From Pseudomonadota bacterium (GTDB lineage Bacteria; Pseudomonadota; Alphaproteobacteria; UBA2136; UBA6156): DNA of 46,246 nt. The position numbers were made by a program, and so were the translations under genes. The DNA is taken from contig RFNJ01000125.1 of the NCBI GenBank assembly GCA_009927255.1, positions 1 through 46,246 on the forward strand, written 5' to 3'. Position 1 is the first letter of the stretch. Every line of letters starts with the position of its first letter. Positions 35,981 through 45,069 of the stretch are shown piece after piece. The notes beneath the pieces are model-generated. The model was not told the DNA's origin. It saw nothing but the letters and a program-made list of their open reading frames with translations, and did no database searches.

Positions 35981-36061
35981 TTTTTAAGTTTTTCTGGCCC
36001 TGCGCTGCGCACATACTTAACTTGTATGCTTACGCTGCTCGGTCTGCAAAAAACTTAAAAA
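35981..36061. repeat. Long inverted repeat between tRNA-Val and tRNA-Asp
   Basis: 13-bp arms tttttaagttttt (35981-35993) and aaaaacttaaaaa (36049-36061) enclose a GC-rich core. The core contains gcgctgcgc, shared with the other repeat family, and an inner hairpin catac..gtatg. Confidence 0.6.
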
Positions 36062-36100
36062 TCGCCGCCGTCTAGCGAATTTGTTTACTTTTCAATGTTA

Positions 36101-36177
36101 TGGCGGAAGCGATGGGACTCGAACCCACGACCCTCGCCGTGACAAGGCGATACTCTAACCAACTGAGCTACGCCTCC
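36101..36177 (-). tRNA. tRNA-Asp (anticodon GUC)
   Basis: Reverse-complement cloverleaf: acceptor GGAGGCG/CGCTTCC, anticodon loop TTGTCAC, T-loop GGTTCGAGTCC, encoded CCA. 77 nt. Confidence 0.85.
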
Positions 36178-36281
36178 GCGCGTAACGGTTGGGTTATAGG
36201 GCGGGTTGGGGGGTGGGTCAAGGGGATAAATCAGTATACATATAGATGATAACTGGCAAGGGGCAACAGGCAAGAGGGGGA

Positions 36282-36447
36282 GCTTCGCTGCGCCGGAGTT
36301 GGTGTGGTGCTTTGTGGAGAGGGCAGGGCCGTTGCTGGGGAGAGGGGAAGACCGCTTAGGTTCAGGGTTTAGGGATTCAGGGACGGGCGCTTCGCTGCGC
36401 CGGAGGTGGTGTGGTGTTTGGTGGATGGGGTGGGGCCGTTGCTGGGG
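36282..36447. repeat. Two ~58-bp direct repeats, 107 bp apart
   Basis: 36282-36340 and 36389-36447 share gcttcgctgcgccggag.tggtgtggtg.ttg.tgga..gg..gggccgttgctgggg, with about 7 mismatches. Confidence 0.7.
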
Positions 36448-36544
36448 GGCAGGGTGTTAGGATGATAGGATTTGAGGTGGCTGAGGGGCGTGACAGGGGG
36501 TTGGGGGTGGGGTATCTTTTGGTGGTTTTGGAGGGAGGTTTGGG

Positions 36545-36748
36545 ATGGGGCGGCGGTTTAGTTATGGGTTTTTGGGGTTGAGTTTGCTGTGCTTGTTGTT
36601 GTTTTTGGGGGCGGAGGTTTGGCCTTTGTATCGGCAGCCGTTGGCGGCTTTGGCGGCGGTTGTTGAGGGGATGGTGTTTATAATGTTGGGTTTTGTGTTG
36701 TGGCGGGTGCGGTGGGGTGGGGGGGATGGAGGTTTAGGGGGAAAATGA
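36545..36748 (+). CDS. Small two-TM hypothetical membrane protein (67 aa)
   Basis: GGAGGGAGG SD upstream and two hydrophobic helices. The stop codon lies inside a strong terminator stem. It could still be a compositional ORF in G+T-rich DNA. Confidence 0.35.
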   Translation: MGRRFSYGFLGLSLLCLLLFLGAEVWPLYRQPLAALAAVVEGMVFIMLGFVLWRVRWGGGDGGLGGK

Positions 36749-36783
36749 CCAAGCCGCCTTTTTGGGGCGGCTTGGTCATTTTT
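36745..36783. terminator. Bidirectional terminator hairpin
   Basis: A 13-14-bp stem (a)tgaccaagccgcc / ggcggcttggtca(t) with loop tttttgg, followed by ttttt on the + strand. It lies between convergent genes. Confidence 0.75.
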
Positions 36784-36795
36784 CGTGGGGGTGAT

Positions 36796-37872
36796 TTAGC
36801 CAGCGGCTTCGGTTTGGTGCTTTTGGAGCACTTGGGCGAAGCCGACGGCGGTGAGGGTGAGCACCACCAGCGCGGTGAGGCTGGTGAGGCTGAAGGAGAC
36901 TGCTGGGTTGGCGAGTGTTATCAGCCCGAACATCACCATGATATTGGTGGTGCCAATCACGATGGGGGTGTGGGCTTTGGCCAGCTGAACCATCAGCGGC
37001 ATCAGCAGATTGATGAGCAGGTTGAAGGCCAGAAAATAGACCAGCAGTTGTACGTGGTAGGCGGGACTGGTGAGCAGTTGGGCCACCGGTGCCGGATAGA
37101 CTATCCAGGCGCCACCAGCGAAGCATAGCCAGCCATAGCCAGCAAGTGCCGTAAGGGCGATGGCATAGGCAGGCCAACGGGGTGGGCCTGCTGTGGTATC
37201 GCCGTAGACGATATTTTGCACTTTAGGAAAATGGCCCATGGTGAAAAATACGCCAGCCCATAATACGAGATGGCCGATGAGTGAGATAGCAAAGGCCAGC
37301 GGGAGCAAGGGATTTTGGAGCAATGACCCGATACCGGCGAAGGTGAGGTTGCCGGTTTGCTGGCTGTTGACCAAAATGATGAAGGTGCTGGTACCGCCGA
37401 TGAGTGCCGCAAGCCAGATAAGCTGCTGGCGGATTTGATTTTTGGTGAAGCGGTTGGTCATGGTAAGCAGGGTGAAGAGGTAGACAGTTGCGAGATTGCA
37501 GCATTCGATAATTGCCGGAGCCAATGGCCCCGCCAAGCTGACGGTGAGCGGCATGGCTTGTGAGATAAACAAGCCGGTGGTGCAACCGGTGAGCAGCGCG
37601 CCATACCAAAAGCGTGGTTGGCGAGCGAAGTGCAGCAGGGGGTGGTCTTGCCGTGTGCGGCTAAGGATGTGGAATAGCGCCATGATGAGGGCGAGGTTCC
37701 AGAGCATTAACAGCCAGAGTGGGCCAGTTTTAAGGGTGTGTTCAGGGGTTGTGATGAGCTGGGCGAGGGCAGGGTAGTTGCCTGCGGCAAAGCCGTTACC
37801 CAGCCAGATAAGCAGGTGGGCGATGAGGCTGACCAGCATGGAGAGCCAGAAGGTGGAAGGGAGAGTTTGCAT
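36796..37872 (-). CDS. Polytopic integral membrane protein (about 10 TM), family not recognised
   Basis: 358-aa ORF that is hydrophobic throughout, with a GGAG SD upstream. Confidence 0.6.
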   Translation of the reverse strand: MQTLPSTFWLSMLVSLIAHLLIWLGNGFAAGNYPALAQLITTPEHTLKTGPLWLLMLWNLALIMALFHILSRTRQDHPLLHFARQPRFWYGALLTGCTTGLFISQAMPLTVSLAGPLAPAIIECCNLATVYLFTLLTMTNRFTKNQIRQQLIWLAALIGGTSTFIILVNSQQTGNLTFAGIGSLLQNPLLPLAFAISLIGHLVLWAGVFFTMGHFPKVQNIVYGDTTAGPPRWPAYAIALTALAGYGWLCFAGGAWIVYPAPVAQLLTSPAYHVQLLVYFLAFNLLINLLMPLMVQLAKAHTPIVIGTTNIMVMFGLITLANPAVSFSLTSLTALVVLTLTAVGFAQVLQKHQTEAAG

Positions 37873-37966
37873 GGGTTTTACTCCGTGGTTACTGCGACTT
37901 TAGCAGGGAAAGAGTGGAAGATGGAAGTACGTGGAGTGTTTAGCATGGGGGGTGGACTAAGGCAAT

Positions 37967-38008
37967 AAGCCGCCATCTTTTTGAAGGATGGCGGCTTGGA
38001 CATTTTTC
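37967..38008. terminator. Hairpin downstream of the pyrE-like gene
   Basis: 11-bp stem aagccgccatc / gatggcggctt. The T-run (cattttt) is only on the + strand, so assigning it as the pyrE terminator is uncertain. Confidence 0.4.
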
Positions 38009-38019
38009 GTGGGGGTGGG

Positions 38020-38613
38020 TTAGGCGGCTTTTTTGAGGCCGAGTTGGGTGGCGGTGAAGATGGGCATCAGCTCTACGCCGATGGCGGCGAGGGCTTGTTG
38101 GGCGCCCATTTCTCTATCGAGGATGCAGATGGCGTGGGTGAGATTGCAGCCGGGGACTTCGGCCCTGGCTGCTTGGATTGCCCTGACCATGCTGCCGCCG
38201 CTGGTGGCGACGTCTTCGAAGAGGACGGCGCGGCCGTCGGTTCCGAGCCAGCCTTCGACCTGCTTGCCTTCGCCGTGGCCTTTCTTCTCGGGGCGGATGT
38301 AGAAGAGCTTGAGGGTATCGGCTAAGTCATAGTCGAAGTCAATTACCGTGGAGCCGACAGCGCCGAGAGTGGTCATACCACCCGTAGGCACCGCACCGAG
38401 GTAGCGGGTGTTGGGGGGTAGCATTTCGGTGATGGTTTCGCTGAGTACTTTGAGTGCCTCTGGAAGGGTGGTGAGGAGGCGGAGGTCGGCGTAGTAGTCG
38501 CCTTCGCCAATGACTTTACCGCTGGCGAGGGTTCGCGTTTCACCGGCTTTGAGCACGGTGATGCTGTGTTCAAAGAGAGCGTTACGGAGATATTTCTTTG
38601 CGTAGGGGGTCAT
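38020..38613 (-). CDS. pyrE: Orotate phosphoribosyltransferase-like type I PRTase
   Basis: 197 aa. The N-terminal segment (LASGK....YYADLR) resembles the OPRTase F.L.SG..S.YY.D.R pattern. PRPP loop is AVLFEDVATSGGS. Confidence 0.55.
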   Translation of the reverse strand: MTPYAKKYLRNALFEHSITVLKAGETRTLASGKVIGEGDYYADLRLLTTLPEALKVLSETITEMLPPNTRYLGAVPTGGMTTLGAVGSTVIDFDYDLADTLKLFYIRPEKKGHGEGKQVEGWLGTDGRAVLFEDVATSGGSMVRAIQAARAEVPGCNLTHAICILDREMGAQQALAAIGVELMPIFTATQLGLKKAA

Positions 38614-38812
38614 GGGAGAGGTTCCTTTGTGAAAGAGGGAGGGAGGTGAGGCGTAGGCTTAGGTGGGGGGCTTTTAGCATGGGGGTGGTGGGAAGGCAAC
38701 ACATGTGGGAGGGAAGTTGGGGGGATTTGAGGGGTTTGTGGCGGGAATAATGGTTTTTTGGGGGTGAGTTGGGGTATGCTGGGGCAGGGCTGAAAGGAGC
38801 CGTTTTGCGCGC

Positions 38813-40507
38813 ATGGATATTGTTGACCTGATGATTGCAGACCGCGTGATTGGCGTGGCGGATTTGCATAATCTGCCCGTGACCGTGCAGAAAGACCCCG
38901 ATGTGCTGATTGAGGCGCTGGGCAAGGCGGGCAAGCTGACGCCCAATCAACAGGCGCGGTATAAGGCGGTGGCGTATGATTTCCCCGTGAAGAATGATGA
39001 TGAGATGGCGAAGTTGACGCCGCATCAGGTGGAGGGTGTTGACCGGGCGTTTTTGCAGTTTTATACGGCTTGTCCGATTGAGTTGGGGCGCAACCAAGTG
39101 ATTTGGGCGGCGGCGGATTTGCCCAACAAGCGTTTGCACAGCGAGATTTTGCTGCGCAACCGCAAGAACAGCCATGTGTTTGTGTGGGCCAGCCCCAAGA
39201 GCATTGAGAGCGCGATTGAGCGGATGAACAAGCGCGAGGGGCATAGCCTGAAATTTTTGGTGGAGAATGCTTATGCGCAGCTGAATGCGGGCAATGATGA
39301 CAGTGTGATTAGTTTGGTGGATGAGATTATCCGCACGGCCTACAAAAACGGGGCGAGTGACTTGCACATTGAGATTTTGAACCGCAAGCCCACGGTGATG
39401 GCGCGGATTGACAACGAATTGGAAGAACTGGTGGCGTTGCCGATGGAAGTTTATGACCGCGTGGTGGGGCGGCTGCGGCACATGGCGGGGGTGAGTGCCG
39501 AGAACTTTAAGAAGCCGCTGTATGGGCGCATGACGTTTGAGTTGAGTAACCGGCAGAGTGTGGATATTCGATACACCACCCAGCCGATTACGTTGGAGAA
39601 TACGGCGAAGATTGCGATGCGGTTTTTGCGGCCTTTTGAGGGGCAGATGGAGACGTTTGGGTATACGGATGAAAATATTGATAAGATTGATAATTTGATG
39701 CGCTTTGAGGAAGGCGTGATTATTTTTGCCGGGCCGACCGGGCAGGGTAAGAGCACGGCGTGCCGCTTGATGATTCGGCGGGGGCAGCGGCCCGGGCAGA
39801 ATGTGATTGCCTATGAGAAGCAGATTGAAGAGCGGATGGATAACGTCATCCAAACCGAAGAGGATTTGGCGGCGGGGGTGAACTTGGAGAGTTTTCTTTA
39901 TGCTGCCTTGGGGCTTGACCCGGATATTTTATATATTGGTGAGGTGCGTAGCCCTGAGGATACGCGCAAGGTGATTGACGCCGGTAACTTGGGGCATTTG
40001 GTGATTACCACCATGCACGCCAATGACAGCTTTATGACGCTTGACCGTTTGCTGCAGCGCGGGGTGCCGCCCGAACTGATTTTTACCAACGTGCGCGGGG
40101 TGGTGAGCCAGCGGTTGGTGCGGCGGTTGTGCAATAAGTGCAAAGTGCCTTACGAACTAGACCAAGCGATGGCGGACAGTATGAATGGCATTCGGGATTT
40201 GGGCATGAAGCGCGGGGATGTGATTTATCGGCCTAACCGCAATGGGTGCGAGTTGTGCCATTACCGTGGGTATTCCGGGCGGATTGCGATGGAGGAAGTT
40301 TTGGAAATGTGGCGGCGGGAGATTAGCCGCAACGTGTGGGCGGGCAACCGTTTGCGGCCCGACTGGGTGGATGTGGTGCGTGAGCAGGCACGGCTGGCGG
40401 GGATGAGTGATATGCTGACGCAGGGTTTGCGGCATATGAAAAATGGTGTGACGTCGCTTGACGAATTGGAGCGGTTCTTCAGTGCAGACCTTGAAACCCT
40501 CCGTTAG
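38813..40507 (+). CDS. GspE/PilB-family type II secretion / type IV pilus assembly ATPase
   Basis: ASDLHIE, Walker A GPTGQGKST, Walker B-like DPDILYIGEVR, His box GHLVITTMHAN, tetracysteine CNKC...CELC, and one N-terminal T2SSE_N-like segment. Confidence 0.85.
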   Translation: MDIVDLMIADRVIGVADLHNLPVTVQKDPDVLIEALGKAGKLTPNQQARYKAVAYDFPVKNDDEMAKLTPHQVEGVDRAFLQFYTACPIELGRNQVIWAAADLPNKRLHSEILLRNRKNSHVFVWASPKSIESAIERMNKREGHSLKFLVENAYAQLNAGNDDSVISLVDEIIRTAYKNGASDLHIEILNRKPTVMARIDNELEELVALPMEVYDRVVGRLRHMAGVSAENFKKPLYGRMTFELSNRQSVDIRYTTQPITLENTAKIAMRFLRPFEGQMETFGYTDENIDKIDNLMRFEEGVIIFAGPTGQGKSTACRLMIRRGQRPGQNVIAYEKQIEERMDNVIQTEEDLAAGVNLESFLYAALGLDPDILYIGEVRSPEDTRKVIDAGNLGHLVITTMHANDSFMTLDRLLQRGVPPELIFTNVRGVVSQRLVRRLCNKCKVPYELDQAMADSMNGIRDLGMKRGDVIYRPNRNGCELCHYRGYSGRIAMEEVLEMWRREISRNVWAGNRLRPDWVDVVREQARLAGMSDMLTQGLRHMKNGVTSLDELERFFSADLETLR

Positions 40508-40541
40508 GCCAAGCAATAGATTGGCGAGTTTTGGCGCCAGT

Positions 40542-41609
40542 ATGGCGGGTAGCGTGGCGGGCAGTGGTATGGATGCGCGGGATCGGGAGCGGTTCTTTTT
40601 CTTTATGGCGATGATGATGAAGACCGGGCAGACCACCAGCGATGCTTTGAAGGCGGTGGCCAAGGCATTTCGGGCCGAAAAAAATGACAGTGTGGCCAAT
40701 GCAGTGGTGGGGTTGGCGCAGAAAGTGGCGCAGGGTAAGCCCTTAAGCCAAGCGATGTTGGCAGAGCGGGGGATGTTTAGTGAGTTGCATCGGGCGGCGA
40801 TTTTGGCGGGTGAGGCGAGCAACAATATGCAGAAGAGTTTTGATATTCTGCGCATTTTGGAGGACAAGAAAATTAATGCCGGGCGGGCGGGGATGGCGGA
40901 GCTTTTGACGCCGTTGTTGATGCTGTTGCTTTCGCTGGTAAGCATTTTCAATACCGGCCTGAACACCTTGCCGGTGATGGTGAAGTTGCATGAGGCGCAG
41001 GGCAAGGAGAGCGGGATGATTCCGCTGGGGATTATTGCCACTACCAACTTTTTGGCGGGGTATTGGTTTGTGCTGGTGGCGCTGCTGGCGATGGTGGCGG
41101 TGGTGATGTGGAGCATGAATAGTAACCCTGCTGGGCGCACGGTGCTGCACACGTTGCAGCTACAAATTCCGTTTTATGGGCGGTTTTTGATTTACCGCAC
41201 CTATAACCAGATGCTGCTGTATTTTCCTTACCTTTTGGCGAGTGGGGTGAAGCCGAAGCAGTTGATTCCGATTATGGAAAGTTTGGCGACCAACCTGGTA
41301 CTGAAAAAGCGGATTGACCAGTTTAACCATGTGATTACTACGGGGGGGAGCTTGAGTGAGGCGATGGGGCGGGCGGGATTTCCTGAACTGATTGTGACGC
41401 CGGTGAGTGTGGCGGAGAACTATGCGCCGACCACCGGCAACGTGAACGATGTGTTGATTGAGGGGATGCAGCATTCCCATGCGATTTTGGAGCGGATTTT
41501 GAATGATGCGCATAAGACGTTTATTGGCGTGTTTAGTGCGATGCTATGGATTATGGGAGGGGCAGTGATGATGCTGGATATGCTTTCCATTGTGCTTTCA
41601 CAGGCTTAG
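40542..41609 (+). CDS. GspF/PilC-family inner-membrane platform protein
   Basis: Two internally repeated cytoplasmic helical domains (...G.S.S.A.......F.EL......GE.S...) are separated by TM helices, three in total. The start at 40542 avoids overlap with the ATPase gene. Confidence 0.8.
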   Translation: MAGSVAGSGMDARDRERFFFFMAMMMKTGQTTSDALKAVAKAFRAEKNDSVANAVVGLAQKVAQGKPLSQAMLAERGMFSELHRAAILAGEASNNMQKSFDILRILEDKKINAGRAGMAELLTPLLMLLLSLVSIFNTGLNTLPVMVKLHEAQGKESGMIPLGIIATTNFLAGYWFVLVALLAMVAVVMWSMNSNPAGRTVLHTLQLQIPFYGRFLIYRTYNQMLLYFPYLLASGVKPKQLIPIMESLATNLVLKKRIDQFNHVITTGGSLSEAMGRAGFPELIVTPVSVAENYAPTTGNVNDVLIEGMQHSHAILERILNDAHKTFIGVFSAMLWIMGGAVMMLDMLSIVLSQA

Positions 41610-41617
41610 GATGACGT

Positions 41618-42946
41618 ATGTTTGAAATCCCCCCGCCCCTGCAAGACAAATTGAAGCCGCTGGTGGACAAGCTGGAGCCTGCGCTGAAAGTTTGGCGCGA
41701 GCAGGGGTTGCCGGTGGTGCGGCAAGTGGGTGGGCAGGTGTGGGACCAGCTGCGTGCGCTGAGTGGCGAGATGGCCGAGAAAATGGCCAAGGCGGGGCCG
41801 CAGGGGAGTGTGGGCAATGCATTTAGGCACTTGTGCGTGGTGGGGTTGAATCGCAGCGAACTGCTGCTGCAAGGTGAGAGCCAGAGTGTGTTTGGGGACA
41901 GTTGGCAGGAGCTGGCGGATGAGAGTTTGCGGCGGCATGTGGGGTTGATCTTTTTTGCGCCGCGGGGCTTGGATGGGCGGCCGGTGAACCCGTATCTGTT
42001 TTTGACCGGTGAGCTGGCCAATGCGGTGGCGGATGAGGAGGGGTTGGCGGATACCAATGCGATTCAGTTAGCTGCCAACATGGTGGGGCCGATGCCGCTG
42101 CTGGACTTTTGCCGCATGCCGCCCGCCGAACCGAATACCGTGAATGTGCTGCTGGCGGCGGATGTGTTGTTCCATTGGGACATTAAGGACAACTATGTGC
42201 TGACCACTACGCCGACGACGTGGGTGCGGGATGTGGAGCAGGTGCTGAAGAGTTATCCGCGCACCACCAAAATGGTGATTTACACGCAATGGGACACCGA
42301 TGTGCTGCCGCCGAGTGAGCGGATTAAAATTTTGCGTTTACGCGAGTTGCCTTTGGATACGGCGGTGTGGCTGAACCAGCCGACGTTTCAGGAGAAATAT
42401 GGTTTACATATTTTAGTAGCGGGGATGGTGTTTTTGGGCTTGGTTTTTGCAGGGTTGTGGCTGCAAGGGCGGGGTAACGCGAGTGTGGCGGATGAGTTGC
42501 GGCTGGTGGAGCAGCAGATACCGCGTGGGGGGCAATTTAATGACATTGAGAAGGCGATTGGTGAGCAGGAAAAGATGTTTGCCAAGCGTGAGTTGATGGG
42601 ACTGGTGGTGCGTGATATGGCGCGCGCGGTGGCGAAAAGTGAGATGAAAATTACCAGCTTTGAGGTGAAAGTGGCCGAGCAGAATGAGGTGCCGAAACAA
42701 TACTTGGTGACGATTGATGCCGACGCTGCGGCTTACCAAGGGTGGCTGCAGCAGGAGCCGATTGCAAGGAGTTTGCTGATGAACAGCGCGGTGCTGGATG
42801 CGGTGCGTAAGCCGCCGACACCGAATGGCTTTAAGCTGGAAGGGCTGGTGGATGCGCAGGGGTTGCAGCGGGAATATCGGCGGGTGGCGCCGCGGGTGGC
42901 GGGGAATGAAATTTCACCAACAACTGCTTTGGAGGTGAAGCCATGA
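41618..42946 (+). CDS. Bitopic protein with GspL-like (or fused PilM-PilN-like) architecture
   Basis: A ~260-aa cytoplasmic domain, a single TM (LHILVAGMVFLGLVFAGLWLQ) and a ~150-aa periplasmic domain. It sits immediately after the platform gene. The call rests on architecture only. Confidence 0.45.
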   Translation: MFEIPPPLQDKLKPLVDKLEPALKVWREQGLPVVRQVGGQVWDQLRALSGEMAEKMAKAGPQGSVGNAFRHLCVVGLNRSELLLQGESQSVFGDSWQELADESLRRHVGLIFFAPRGLDGRPVNPYLFLTGELANAVADEEGLADTNAIQLAANMVGPMPLLDFCRMPPAEPNTVNVLLAADVLFHWDIKDNYVLTTTPTTWVRDVEQVLKSYPRTTKMVIYTQWDTDVLPPSERIKILRLRELPLDTAVWLNQPTFQEKYGLHILVAGMVFLGLVFAGLWLQGRGNASVADELRLVEQQIPRGGQFNDIEKAIGEQEKMFAKRELMGLVVRDMARAVAKSEMKITSFEVKVAEQNEVPKQYLVTIDADAAAYQGWLQQEPIARSLLMNSAVLDAVRKPPTPNGFKLEGLVDAQGLQREYRRVAPRVAGNEISPTTALEVKP

Positions 42947-43443
42947 TACGCTTTGCCGTTGGTGCGGGGATGATTATTTTTGCCTTGGTTTTTGGGGTGT
43001 ATCGGTACATGGATTTGAGCAGCCAGCGGGCGGATTTGGAGGCGGCGCTGGAGGAGGCTTATGGCAAGCGTGATGAGGGGAAGGATTTGGTGCAGCGCAT
43101 TCGGGAAATTAAAAAAATTGGCATGGTGGTGGAAGATGCGCAGAAATTTAATATTGAGCGCTTGCTGGATATTGGTGCGCCGGGGATGGAGTGGCGCTTT
43201 GTGGGGCAGCCGCTGGTGCGGGGGAGTAACCGCGCGCTTTATCGTTATACCTACCGGATTTCGGGCCCCACTACTTATGCAGAGAGCCAAGCTTTGCTGG
43301 AGCGGATGGGGCGGTTGCCGGGGTTTGTGGTTTACCGATATTGCTTTAATTGCATTCAGCCTGCGCGGGGTACGCCGGAAGATTTAAAAATGGTGCAGAT
43401 TGAGGGATACCTTTATGGGTACGATGCGGCGACTTTGTATTAG
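42943..43443 (+). CDS. Small bitopic protein with GspM/PilO-like architecture
   Basis: 166 aa with an N-terminal TM (FAVGAGMIIFALVFGVY), a coiled-coil segment and a compact C-terminal domain. ATGA overlap with the upstream gene. Confidence 0.4.
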   Translation: MIRFAVGAGMIIFALVFGVYRYMDLSSQRADLEAALEEAYGKRDEGKDLVQRIREIKKIGMVVEDAQKFNIERLLDIGAPGMEWRFVGQPLVRGSNRALYRYTYRISGPTTYAESQALLERMGRLPGFVVYRYCFNCIQPARGTPEDLKMVQIEGYLYGYDAATLY

Positions 43444-44302
43444 CATTTTGGCGCTGGTTGCCCTTGGTTGGGCGGGCGCGAGCGTGGGGTGGGCCCAAGC
43501 TCCGAGTAATGGGGCAAGTGGCAATGCGCAGCGGTTGCAGTGGCCGCGGACTTTTACCGGGCAGCCGGATTTTGCCTTTACCCGTGAAGAGGCTTTGCAG
43601 GAGGCGAAAAGCCGGGCCAAACGCGAGAATGCTAAGGTTCCAGTTTTGCCAACTTTAGAGGATTTATTGCGTGATGATATTAAATTTGACCCGTTTGGCA
43701 TTAAAAATGAAGAAATAACTGCAACGGTGAGTGGTACCGAAGAGGTGAGTGGGGCGATGGTGCGTGGCAAAAGCTTGATGGATAAGTTGATGGAAAATGT
43801 GGTGGATTTGCCGAAATTTGAGCAGCGGGCGGGCTTGGATTTGGCAGAATTTGAGAACACCTTGCGACAAACATTACAGGCGAGTTTGGAGAGCTGGCAG
43901 CCGCAGATTAAAAATGTTCCGTTGGATGGAGTTTTAGGAGGATTAATTTTGCAGGCGGTGGTGATGTCGCCGAATAAATATGTGATTTTGAACGGAGAAA
44001 GGTATCGGGAAGGGGATGGTTTTAAGGTGCAAATTCCGGTGATGGTGCCGGATAATTGGATTTTGAGTGCTTTGGAAAATAAAATGCCGGATGAAAAATT
44101 AGTTGGGCCGGAATTAATGGAAAATTACCAAACTATTTTTGAGAGTGTGGTGGCGGATTTTGCCCAACAAAGAAATGCAAACCCAATGCTGGGGCAAAAA
44201 ATGATGATTTTGCCGGTGAAACTGGTGCAGATTTTGCCGCGCACGGTGCTGCTTGAGGCGGATGGGAGGCGGTATGAGTTGCAGGTTAAATTTGCGTATT
44301 AA
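43424..44302 (+). CDS. Exported protein with a GspC/PilP HR-domain-like C-terminus
   Basis: Signal peptide MRRLCISILALVALGWAGASVGWAQA. C-terminal VILNGERYREGDGF ... VKLVQILPRTVLLEADGRRYELQV resembles the secretin-binding HR-domain pattern, split by an insert. Start could be 43400, 43415 or 43424. Confidence 0.35.
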   Translation: MRRLCISILALVALGWAGASVGWAQAPSNGASGNAQRLQWPRTFTGQPDFAFTREEALQEAKSRAKRENAKVPVLPTLEDLLRDDIKFDPFGIKNEEITATVSGTEEVSGAMVRGKSLMDKLMENVVDLPKFEQRAGLDLAEFENTLRQTLQASLESWQPQIKNVPLDGVLGGLILQAVVMSPNKYVILNGERYREGDGFKVQIPVMVPDNWILSALENKMPDEKLVGPELMENYQTIFESVVADFAQQRNANPMLGQKMMILPVKLVQILPRTVLLEADGRRYELQVKFAY

Positions 44303-45062
44303 ATTGATTTTGCGGCGCAAACACGGCGCTTGGGGGTTGTGGTGCCAGCGTGGCGCGTTTTCGCCGTTTATGTTTGGGTTGGTGATGGGAGTGACGATTT
44401 TTTCGGCGCTTTCCATGCAGTGGGCGAAGAAGGAATTGGAGCGGTATCAGGCCAAACAGGCGGATGCGGCGCAGCGGCAGGCGCAGGATGTGGCCAAAGC
44501 GATGGAATTTGCAATTTTGACCGAGGGGCAGGATAATTATAGTGAGGAATATACGTTGCAGCGGGCGCGGCAGTTTAGCAGTGCTGCGGCGAAAACGCGT
44601 GGGGAGCAGGATTTTTTATTGGCGACCAAACGTGAGCGCGATAGTGAGCGCTTTGGCCGAAATGATGAGAAAATTGCGATTGCGGCAAGTGATGATACGC
44701 TGTTGCGCAGCCAGGTTTATCGTAGCGGGGATGTGGCCGAGCTGGACAAACTGCGCACCAACAAGGCGAGTGGGGTGGTGGTGTATGATACTTCGGAGGC
44801 GCGGGACCGGCAGATTCGCACCAGTATTCAGCGGCAGGAGGCGTTGGCGGAGCAGATTTATGCTTTTTATGCGGCGGAAATGAAATTCCCGACTTTGGCA
44901 GAATTTACCGAAATGCGGCGGAAATTTGGTTTGCGCGATGTGTGGGGTGACGATTTTGAATATGGCGTTGACCCGGATTTGCAGCAGGGCTTTTTAAGCT
45001 TCACCACACCGTGGGGGTATGTGCATGAGATTAACTTGAGCTTGAAAGAAGGTGCGGAATGA
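44274..45062 (+). CDS. Pseudopilin-like protein A (atypical leader QRG/AFSPF, GspG-like DVWGDDFEY motif)
   Basis: Basic leader ending QRGA, then a ~20-residue hydrophobic helix (FSPFMFGLVMGVTIFSALS). The C-terminal DVWGDDFEY parallels the GspG DPWGNPYQY motif. Start is uncertain: ATG at 44253, 44262 or 44274, or TTG at 44305. Confidence 0.4.
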   Translation: MSCRLNLRIKLILRRKHGAWGLWCQRGAFSPFMFGLVMGVTIFSALSMQWAKKELERYQAKQADAAQRQAQDVAKAMEFAILTEGQDNYSEEYTLQRARQFSSAAAKTRGEQDFLLATKRERDSERFGRNDEKIAIAASDDTLLRSQVYRSGDVAELDKLRTNKASGVVVYDTSEARDRQIRTSIQRQEALAEQIYAFYAAEMKFPTLAEFTEMRRKFGLRDVWGDDFEYGVDPDLQQGFLSFTTPWGYVHEINLSLKEGAE

Positions 45063-45069
45063 TGGCAAG

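Noticed and set aside
38813-40507. The ATPase as a PilT-type retraction ATPase or a Tad/CpaF-type ATPase.
   Set aside because: It is 564 aa long and has an N-terminal T2SSE_N-like segment and the tetracysteine CxxC...CxxC cluster. These fit assembly ATPases of the GspE/PilB type, not PilT or CpaF.
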